The position numbers and the translations under genes were made by a program. The notes beneath the pieces are model-generated. The model was not told the origin of the DNA. It saw only the letters and a list, made by a program, of their open reading frames with translations, and did no database searches. A stretch of DNA of 64,000 bases, from NCBI GenBank assembly GCA_951406725.2, contig OX597825.1, positions 64,852,001 through 64,916,000 on the forward strand, read 5' to 3'. The stretch comes from Octopus vulgaris (lineage: Eukaryota). This document shows, in pieces, positions 53,644 to 64,000 of this stretch. Within the stretch, counting starts at the first letter, position 1; each line of letters starts with the position of its first letter.

Positions 53644-54328
53644 AGTAAGTAACTTAATTCTTCCTCCGAGTCAACTGGCCTTTGAAACCAATCAGAGCTC
53701 AGCAGGAGCAACGATCTTTACACCAAGTGATCGTTTATATTGATGTGAGAGAGCTTAGTTCAAACTTTTGGTTTTTAACAACTACCATCATTATCTCCAC
53801 GTCGGCTTTAACATTCTTGTAAAAGATTATTTATTTAACAAAGCAACAATCCGTGGATCTTTAATCATTGCACCATTAACTACAGGTTAACTTTCATATT
53901 GCTATACATAACCATTAATGCAGCTTAGCCGGAATTTTCATATCATAAGCCTTGCACTGTTAACAAGAGATTAACAATCATAGTGTTATGGAACAATATT
54001 TATTCAGCTTAGGCTGCGTTCTCAGATCTTAATCCCACCATCATTATACAGATGATAACATTATTGTTATTATTAAAGAACTTCTTTTTAGCCTAGTAAG
54101 ATTCACAGGATTTTAAATCCTACCACTAATGATGCGTACTTAAAATCTATATAGAAGAATAAGATTACAAGTTCGATGTAGTTTTGCTTCATTGCCAGAA
54201 TAATAAAAAAGAATGTATCATTAATTAAGAATATTTGTTTTTCGATATACGTATATATATGTAATATAAAATTTATTACACACACACACATATAATATAT
54301 ATATACATATATACATTTATATACATAT

Positions 54329-54491
54329 AGGGAGAATTCACGAAAAAAGTAAAAGACGAATACAGGTGGTGTAGAAAACAAACAGATGCATTAGTATAAC
54401 GCTCAGGAATTGAAAAAAGTATTTTACGTTTCGAGCCTACGCTCTTTCACAGAAAGGAACACAGAAAGAAACGAGGAGAGAAACAAGGAGA
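54329..54491 (-). mobile_element. Family H hammerhead-bearing repeat (degenerate core)
   Basis: Minus strand ctttCTGTGAAagagcgtaggctcGAAAcgtaaaat. Flanked by (TA)-rich tracts. Confidence 0.75.
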
Positions 54492-55583
54492 TGTTTATGA
54501 ATGTATGTGTATATGTACGTATATATATATATATATATGTGTGTGTGTAAGTACGTATATATATATGTGTATATATATATATGCGCGATATATGTCTCTG
54601 TGTATGTGAGCATATATATTTATATGTGTGTATGTTGAGTAAGAGAGAGAGAGAGACAGAGAGAGACAGAGAGAGACAGAGAGAGAGAGAAAGAGAGAGA
54701 GGGAACAGAGGTAAACAGACTGACAGACACACAGATGTAATTAATTTTTTTTCTTTTTCTAAATTCTCCATGTATTGCATTTATGTTAAGAAGTAGATTA
54801 CCTATCCTTTTATTGATTAGTTAAGTCTTTACTTCTGAAAAAAAAAGTGTTATAACCTGATTTTCACTTTAGATTGAAGAAGCATTCTCTGAAGAATATT
54901 AGACTTAATAAAAAGAACCGACGTTGAACTACATTTCTAGCTCAGTCATTGTTTATGAAGACCACGAACGAAAACGATGAAAATACTGAGCACAAACAAG
55001 ATGACCTGAAAAAACAAATTTACAGCACCTCGTTTGCTCAAGAGATTTTGCTAAAATTATTTTTAATGACATTTGTTCAACAAACTTATAATTTCGAATC
55101 CTGTTCTAGTTATTTTGCCTGATTTTTCCCCCTGTTTTTGTTATTTTATTTTTTTCATTTTCATGTCTTGTTTGTATGAATTTTTTGAAACTGTCACACA
55201 CAGACAGTGACTCCACGTTGGGTGAGTTCGTTCTAGCAATTTGATGTATAACGCGGAATGTAGTATCAGATGTTGCTTCATTTGGTCTGGGATATTGCAG
55301 TCGCAGCCTCAATTCCATACAGACTAACAGAAGAATTATAGACAGAAATACATTTGCCAAGCATTTCGAGGTAAAAGTAATATTTGCTGAAGTATGAAGT
55401 AATGATGGCGATGCTATAAGATACTATATTTTAAATTTTTTAAAAATTATTGACTTGACAAGATATAACTTTTTTTTTTAATATATTGTAATGTAGATAG
55501 TATTATTGTAAATTAGTATTTTATGACACTATCTAGAGTGGGAAAGGAATAAAAAAATACTTTGCGGTGTTTATTGTAGATAA

Positions 55584-55668
<85 letters not shown>

Positions 55669-56077
55669 TGTGTGTGTATAAAGTGAGAGAGGGAGATTCA
55701 TGTATAAATAAACATATTCATACATATATACATAAACATACATATATACATGCATATATACATACATACATACATACATACATACATACATACGTACATT
55801 TGCATATGTACATCTATATAGAGATCTGTTAATATTTTCATCAAAATAAAGATTAGGTTGCTGAAAACAAAAGAAGACACCTGCAGAAACCGCAACTCAA
55901 ATATATCATAGAAACGTTTCGCAGAAATGTTCGTCTGTTATACTGTATCTATTCGTCTTTCGTAACCTTCTCATCTCATTTCCAATATTTGGCGTTTTTT
56001 AAACTTGATATATATATTTCTACGTTTAAAATATTCATATTTTTCTAACAAGCTTAGGTAATAATATCTACAATCTC

Positions 56078-56079
<2 letters not shown>

Positions 56080-56174
<95 letters not shown>
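56080..56174. repeat. (CT)n microsatellite
   Basis: Directly visible. Confidence 0.97.
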
Positions 56175-56486
56175 ACTTATACTTTACCCTTTTCTGCATA
56201 TGCATGTGTGTATTTGTGAAGAATGATGTACTCTCTTATGTAGCAAACACAGATTACGAAACAGCTGTCAACTATTGGAAGAGATATCTATTCTCCCACT
56301 TCCTTTGTCTTACGAGGTCAATATTTATGCATGCTCTCCACCATTGCGATTCAAGCACATTCAAAATGACACTGTCATTAAATCTTAGCATTAACCACGA
56401 TGTACCTTCATAGCCATACACTAGGCTACAAGTTTGCTATTTGATTTCTTGAATCTTTACATACACACACGCACACATTTGTGTGC

Positions 56487-56530
<44 letters not shown>

Positions 56531-56534
<4 letters not shown>

Positions 56535-56647
56535 CAACAACATTGAGGAACGGCACCGAAAGGCCATTCGATTCACTAGAAAGAGCAGCCAAGACTTTCT
56601 AGTGGGTCGAATGGCTTTTCGGGGCCGTTCCTCAATGTTATTGAAAT
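56531..56647. repeat. Long inverted repeat/hairpin (53-bp arms, 11-nt loop) in (TA)n
   Basis: atttcaacaacattgaggaacggcaccgaaaggccattcgattcactagaaag (56531-56583) versus ctttctagtgggtcgaatggcttttcggggccgttcctcaatgttattgaaat (56595-56647); 5 differences. Confidence 0.9.
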
Positions 56648-56741
56648 TATATACATAGTCTATGACTATTTTCTCTTTCTCACTAGACCGCTGGTGGCAA
56701 ACAAATTTCTATTGAATTTTTTGCTACCCTTATATTGATAA

Positions 56742-56824
<83 letters not shown>

Positions 56825-57579
56825 CATATTATTTGCAACAAATCAGCAGATTTCATAGGACGCCTCATGTACTACTTCGAGTTAATCCTTAACCTTTGAG
56901 CCCTGCTTTTCAGCTTTTGGTATTCAATAAATATGATAGCAGGCTCATACTAACGATGATTCTCCTCTTTGGCCAGCCCTTTATTCCTGTCTGGTTTTCT
57001 CCCACGGTTAAAATCGGTTGTGGCACATGGGTCCAAGTCCAACAACGTACAAGCTACAGAATATGTATATATATATATATATATATATATTGGATGTGTA
57101 TTGAACATTGATAGACCTGGTGGGGCATGTTTCTCTCCAAGTCTCATTGTGTATGTGTGTGAGTGTGTGGGTTGTGCGTGGATGTGTGCGTCTATACATA
57201 CGTAAGCAAACATACTACAGCGTAAAGAAGGAGAAAAATGAATAATCAAAACTGAACACGAGAAAATATTGAAATGCCATCAGTTTTGATTGAGTGATGA
57301 TAAAAACCGTTTCCTTTCACTCATTAACATAGTACAGCTGCTATTTGAAGAGATAATTGTGGAGTTAGGAAATGGGAGGGGCGAAAACTAATTATAAATG
57401 TATTGTTAAAGAATGAAAGTAAATAAAGAAATGAATAAATGTGCGTAAAATTTGCATACATGGAATAAAATTGCGTTTATAAGGATATTTTTTTTTTAAA
57501 GTTAAACAATAATTATCGAGAGAGTTCCCAAAATCATCAACATCGAGCCTTTGTATGTTAATGTCTCGACTCTAAGGAA

Positions 57580-57800
57580 TCATAGAGCCGGTTACCCGGC
57601 GTCCATTTGACTGGGATCACATCATTTCTATTAAACAAAACAACAGTTCGTAGCAAGATTACTCATTTAGAGATGAGAAGACGGGAGCATCGTAAAATGA
57701 AGTTTTCTCCTCAATAACAAAATACGCTGTTCGGTTCAAGGAACGAAACCACGATCTATTGTTTGTCAGAGCATGACGAACAACTAGGCTGCACGCCTTC
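57580..57800 (-). mobile_element. Family C-like SINE, very degenerate
   Basis: gccggttacccgg...ttactcattt...ggagcatcgtaaaatgaagt...ggaacgaaaccacgatct...cacgccttc. Confidence 0.6.
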
Positions 57801-58179
57801 TTCGGACACGAAATCCAAAATAAATGCATGCTAACTGGGATAACAAGGAGTTAAAATTGATACAGCTTTGGTCTTTCAAGTGTATTATTTTAATGGAGAT
57901 TAACTTAAAATGGTTGCAATATTAGATGGTTTCGACAGTTCTAAAATTCCGATGATATCACCCACTTGGAGGATTATAATGCAGTAAAATAATAACCAGT
58001 TGCAACGTTAATAAAAGTTTAAATCATATTTCCAAATCTTTCGTATTTTATATCATCATAAGTAGTTTATCGTTAAGAAATAGCGACTCGGATTTGATCG
58101 ACATTTGCATCGGGATAGTGGCGTAAATTCAAGTACTCACCAACTGGTTTCAGTTGCACTAAATCCACAAGTTGTTTTT

Positions 58180-58331
58180 ATTCTCTCTGATTATTTTCTC
58201 TTATTCCTTTCTGATGAAGAGCGTAGGCTCGAAACGTAAGAGACTTTCTCACTTTCCCGTGTGTCAAACTAATACACCTGCTTGTTGTTCATACACCTGT
58301 CTTCGTCTTTTGGTTTTCTGTAAATTTCAAC
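58180..58331 (+). mobile_element. Family H Penelope-like short repeat with intact hammerhead core
   Basis: Homologous to the copies at 19942, 39781 and 54329. The 3' side abuts (CA)n(TA)n. Confidence 0.8.
58207..58242 (+). ncRNA. Minimal type-I hammerhead ribozyme
   Basis: CUUU-CUGAUGA-A-GAGC-GUAG-GCUC-GAAA-C-GUA-AGAG: all core nucleotides present, 4-bp stem II, palindromic ACGU stem III, stem I CUUU/AGAG (one G.U), predicted cleavage after 58238. Confidence 0.72.
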
Positions 58332-58372
58332 CACACGCACACATGCACACACACACACATACACACACACAT

Positions 58373-58426
<54 letters not shown>

Positions 58427-59579
58427 CCACGTAAATCCTCGAGTGGTTTGTGTTTCGCCAGGACCTTACACCTCTGGATGACCGCTTATTGCTTTCCTGT
58501 GATATCAGCTATATATTTGGGAATACCTTCTCAGATAAGATATTTCTTCTTGTGGTATAAAGACATTGAACTTTTGGTGCCATTGCTTAGCATCAAGTTA
58601 ACTCTAAGTGACCAAATCTATGCTTAAAGATACTACAGGCATGCTTATCCCACTTCACTGTCGTTCTTTGCGTATCTATGATTTTATTATGAAATATTTT
58701 CCAAAATTTATGTGACATTTGGATGCCATTAACATTTGGACGCCATTTTTTACTATAGAAAGTCTCGAATTAACGCACGAGATTTTGGGCTGTTATTGCT
58801 GCTTTTGTTTAGCCTTAAGTTAACGCTTACCTAATTGATTCATGTTGGAAGCTTTTTCACCTGTGACTGAGACAGTAACGTTTGTTTGAGGAAGATTTGG
58901 CTGTTACTTCTAGAAATCGAGTGATCATGCAGAAGTTCTCTGGTTGATCCGAAAACGTGGTTTTTCGTTATTTGCGCCAGCAAGATTGATATTCCGTTAA
59001 GAGTTTTATCATCAAATTTAATAAGATGATCGGACAGTGTGAATATATTGAAAACGGACATTCAACAACAACAACAACTACAATAGCAACAGCAACAACA
59101 ACAGCAACAGCAACAACAGCTACCATAATAACTGTAATAACAACACTGAATACATCTAAAGATAATTCATCTCAAACTTTGAAACTGTTCAGAATATGAA
59201 ACAGATTTAATATCATATGTGATAAGTGCTTGATTTCTCACGCAGCTCCCTGCATCAAGCGAGGGAAAAATGTTTAACTGGAAGAGTCATGGAATATTTT
59301 AGTGAGAAGGTTTGTGTCTATAATGTGATTAGCTTTGATAAATCGTAAGATGAAATCTTATCATATATCCACTTATATACGGATTTTATGGGAATCTTCT
59401 ACACCGAGACACGCATGGCTTAGAAGTTATTTAATAAAGCTTTTTCGACACATTATGCCATCCTTCGCCTGTATTACGCTTTACATGATATTCCGAGTAA
59501 AGCAAGATTAGCTTAACATATACATCAGTTCTGTTGTTCTCTTATCGTTTTATGTTATTTTATATCTATACAGTTTTTC

Positions 59580-59584
59580 TATTA

Positions 59585-59663
<79 letters not shown>

Positions 59664-59720
59664 TATTTTTACTATTATTTTTACTTTTATTTTTACTATT
59701 ATTTTTACTATTATTTTTAC

Positions 59721-59768
<48 letters not shown>

Positions 59769-59890
59769 CATTATTATTATTACTATTATTTTTACTATTA
59801 TTATTATTATTATTATTGTTATTATTATTATTATTATTATTATCATTATTATTATTATTATCATTATTATTATTATTGTCATTATTATTT
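59580..59890. repeat. (ATT)n microsatellite with embedded 12-bp (CTATTATTTTTA)n units
   Basis: Directly visible. Confidence 0.95.
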
Positions 59891-60352
59891 AGATCACTTT
59901 TGTTGTATATTTTTTTATGTCATGGTTGAGCACTTCACGGCGCAAAGGTTCCGAAAATCCAGTTAGCTATTAGTCGGCGAATTGATAAAACGACTGTAGG
60001 AATTAAACGAGATAAATGTAGGTTCTATTGAAAGAAAGTGATCTATTATCACCTAAGTCACGCTATCGACACTTAGAATCAAAGGAACTTTCGGGAAGAT
60101 CTCGATTTACTATTACATAAAAAGAAAGAAAGGATATTCAATCTTCTTTCTTTCTTTCTTTCCTTCCTCCTTGCTGTGTTTTGTTGTTTCCTTTTCGCTC
60201 TTCTTGTATTCCTTTCTTTTGTTTTTTTGTTTTTTTTTTGCTTTTCTCTCTTTCCTTATCTTGTTATTATTTAACTCTAATATAATCCCTGGAACAATGA
60301 TTGATTTAGTAAAAGAACCCGCCGCCCGCCCCCGCTTCCATTATCATCCTCA

Positions 60353-60353
<1 letters not shown>

Positions 60354-60416
<63 letters not shown>
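60354..60416. repeat. (CAT)n microsatellite
   Basis: Directly visible. Confidence 0.97.
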
Positions 60417-60463
60417 CAGCAATCGTCTTTAGCCCCTACAATGATCCTACCCGTTACCATTTG

Positions 60464-60500
<37 letters not shown>

Positions 60501-60633
60501 GCATATATATGCATGTGCATATGTATGTGTGCATGTGTATGCATATCTATATATATATTTATATACATATATGAATGTATATATATATATAGATATAAAT
60601 ATATATATATATATATACACGTATGAATGTATG

Positions 60634-60681
<48 letters not shown>

Positions 60682-60921
60682 TGTATATATTTGTTGCTCA
60701 TATCATCTCTTTCTGTAGAGATTCCATTCTAAAATACTTGCAGGAAGGTTGCGTAATTGAGAGAAAATACGGAAAACAAAAGAATTGATGCACAGCATTC
60801 ATAAAGCAAAAAAAAAACAAAAAAAAAAACAAAAAGAAAACGAAATCTGCTCTGGAGAATCATAATAGCATAGCTACTACTACTACTGCTGCTGTTGTTG
60901 TGTTGATAGATTTGGCGATAG

Positions 60922-60952
<31 letters not shown>

Positions 60953-61201
60953 GGTGGTGGCGTTGGTAGCGGTTGTTGTTGTTATGGCTGCTATTGTTGA
61001 TCTTACGTTTCGGTTGCTGTTGCTCTTTTTTCTATTGATGCAGTTCTTGCTTCACATTTTTGTTGTTATTTCGTCTTCTTGTTCACGTTCCTGTCGTTGC
61101 CTTTATTGTTGTTACTGTTTTTGCTATTTCTGATGTGGTCGTTGTTGTTGCTGTCGATTTCGTTTCTACTTTCGACGTAATCGCACCGGTTTGTACTGCA
61201 C

Positions 61202-61412
<211 letters not shown>

Positions 61413-61567
61413 CTGATACTGTTGCTGATGTCGTTATTATTGTGGGTGATTCGTCAAATGTATTATTGTTGCTTTTGTTGTTAGTTTTGTTGTATTTAGT
61501 GGCGTTCAGTTGTTGCTGTTAACAGTAACATTGTGATTTGAGTTAATTCCCTTGGTTAGTTACAAGG

Positions 61568-61637
<70 letters not shown>

Positions 61638-61963
61638 TACTACTTCTACTACTTCTACTACAACTACTACTATTAATTTTACTACAACTACAACTACTAC
61701 TATTACTACAACTACTACTATTACTTTTACTACAACTACTACTATTACTTTTACTACTACTACTACTAATAATAATAATAATATCACCACCACTACTGTT
61801 ACTTCCAGCAATACTGCCAGTACCAGCACCACCACTATACTCACCACTATTACTACCACTACCACAATTATTATTACAACTACTAATAAAAATACTACCG
61901 CCACCACCACTACCACAACCACCAGTACCATTACCACCACCACCAAAAATATTACTACTACTA
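61568..61963. repeat. (ACT)n/(ACC)n degenerate trinucleotide repeat
   Basis: Directly visible; it produces the poly-Thr/poly-Val ORFs. Confidence 0.95.
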
Positions 61964-62185
61964 TTTTAAGGGGTTGTTTCGACTGGTGTTGTTGATGGTC
62001 TTGTTGCTGCTGATACGGTTACTTCTCTCTTTTTTTTGCTGCCTATACTTGTTTGAGGACCATACCTATAATAAAAAAAAACAATCCATATGTGACCACT
62101 CCATGTTTTTTTAAATAAGCAGGTAACCCCGGGCTACTTTATCCAACGTCTATCTTTAAGGCGTTAAAGTGTTCATATATGAGAG

Positions 62186-62408
62186 GCTGGCAGAAACGTT
62201 AGCACGCCGGTCGAAATGCTTAGCGGTATTTCGTCTATCGTTACGTTCAGAGTTCAAATTCCGCCGAGGTCCACTTTGCCTTTCATCCTTTCGGGGTCGA
62301 TAAATAAAGTACCAGTTTCGCACTGGAGTCGATGTAATCGACTTAATCCCTTTGTCTGTCCTTGTTTGTCCCCTCTATGTTTAGCCCCTTGTGGGCAGTA
62401 AAGAAATA
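62186..62408 (+). mobile_element. Family B SINE monomer, 'X-tail' subfamily
   Basis: gctggcagaaacgttagcacg...AAAGAAATA. TSD (a)tatatgagag (62175-62185 / 62408-62418). Confidence 0.93.
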
Positions 62409-63009
62409 TATATGAGAGAAATTTTGGCAGTTATTTATATTTAGTTGAGCGATCGCGCGAGGTTCGGCTTTTGTTCTTTCTTCTCGATGCAGTAGAGACT
62501 GCCGAGGACGACAATCTTGTTGTTGCTATTCCCGTTGTTATTGCAGCTTCTGTGGTTGCAGTTGTTGATGATTTTGTTGCTGTAGTTCAAAATGCCTCGG
62601 GTGCAACTGCTGTTGTTGCTACAATTGCATATGCACATGTTGCTCGGGATGTTGCACCTTACATTTCGAGATTGATTCTAATGTCGTTGTTTTCCTTGTT
62701 ACAACTGATGTGATTGTTGTTGTTGTTATTGTTGTTGTTGTCGTCCTCGTCGTCGTCCTTGGTGTTGTTGTTGTTGCAGTTGTTGCTGCAAACATTGCTT
62801 TACACCTTCTATAATTATACAATGGGAGATGTGAAACAATGGAGGGTAGCGGGGTGGAGGGTTAATAGAAAATTTGCGGATCTTGAGTAAAAGAAAAATT
62901 TAAAGATAATGGAGATGAGAAAATAGACTGTTAGGAAAGAACAAGAAGAAGATGAGGAGAAAAAAGAAGTACGTAAATGGGCGGGAAAAATAAAACAGAT
63001 AATAATAAT

Positions 63010-63058
<49 letters not shown>

Positions 63059-63440
63059 TGTGTAAATTAAAGAAGGAGAATGGGTAAGCACGGGAATAAG
63101 GAATAAATGAATTACGTGTCGAAAGAACTGAAATAAAGGAAAATCTTAAGGAGGAAAAAGAGAAGAACCAGAAGTAGAAGAAGGGGAAGATTAAATGGAA
63201 ATGAAGGGGAGGAGATGGGGGATGAGTGTGAGAGGGGAGAGTAGAGAACAAGGGAAGTAGTAGTTTTAGAGCAACAACAACAGTAACAACACAAAACAAC
63301 AAATAACAACATCGGTAGCAGTTAAAGCAACAACAACAACAAGAAGAGCAGCAGCAAGAACAGAGAAGGGTATAAGTCAGTCGATTAAAAGAGGGAAAAA
63401 AAAGGAGGTGAAGATAAACTGCCAAATACGTAAATTACAT

Positions 63441-63461
63441 CATGATGATGATGATGACGAC

Positions 63462-63508
<47 letters not shown>

Positions 63509-63540
63509 CGATGACGACGACGACGATGATGATGATGATA
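63441..63540. repeat. (GAT)n/(GAC)n microsatellite
   Basis: Directly visible. Confidence 0.97.
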
Positions 63541-63842
63541 GAAGGAGAAGAAATCCAGTGAATCAATTTACAAAATAAAGCTGTTCTTTAATGTTCTTTT
63601 GTTTGGGGGAAGCTTTGTTAGAGATAAAGATGCTGAAAGGGCAACGTGAGTAATTACTTAGGGATTTCCAAGAGCATTTTGTACAGTTGTTCAGTACAAA
63701 CTCTGTCAAGGTCATCTTTTATATTTCCGCTGATATATTTATTAGTTAGAAAGGTGTCTTACGCAGGAGATTGTTTTTAAACGAAAAATGTGGTTGTTAG
63801 AACGGAAACGAAAAAGCGCGTTTTCAGATCATTGTTAACCTG

Positions 63843-64000
63843 GGCGTAGGAGTGGCTGTGTGGTAAGTAGCTTGATTACCAATCACATGGTTCCGAGTTC
63901 AGTCCCACTGCGTGGCACCTTCGGCAAGTGTCTTCTACTATAGCCTCGGGCCGACCAAAGCCTAGTGAGTGGATTTGGTATACAGAAACCGAAGAGAAAC
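63843..64000 (+). mobile_element. SINE family A, cut by the window edge
   Basis: ggcgtaggagtggctgtgtggtaagtagc...gagttcagtccc...ggcaagtgtcttctactatagcc. Confidence 0.92.

Noticed and set aside
61552-61995. Poly-Thr mucin-like ORF
   Set aside because: It is a degenerate (ACT)n microsatellite among other trinucleotide tracts, with no splice or domain evidence.

Overview
This is AT-rich eukaryotic non-coding DNA (intronic or intergenic), saturated with microsatellites ((TA)n, (CA)n, (TATG)n, (AAT)n, (TATC)n, (CT)n). I found no credible host protein-coding gene, and almost all ORFs in the track are translated microsatellites or SINEs. The repeat content resembles an octopus/coleoid cephalopod genome; this is an inference from the tRNA-derived CORE-like and Nin-domain SINE families. 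Interspersed repeats make up most of the interpretable sequence: at least three abundant tRNA-derived SINE families (labelled A, B and C/D here, many with clear target-site duplications), the 3' end of a restriction-like-endonuclease (R4/Dong-type) LINE, a 210-bp LTR derivative with a tRNA-Ser primer-binding site, and two long fold-back elements. Two signals stand out. First, three unrelated small elements carry minimal type-I hammerhead ribozyme cores of the Penelope-associated kind, and one of them is fused behind a tRNA-like Pol III head. Second, the Nin-SINE multimers have internal junctions that recur at the same two nucleotide positions, suggesting a SINE subfamily that inserts into its own relatives.
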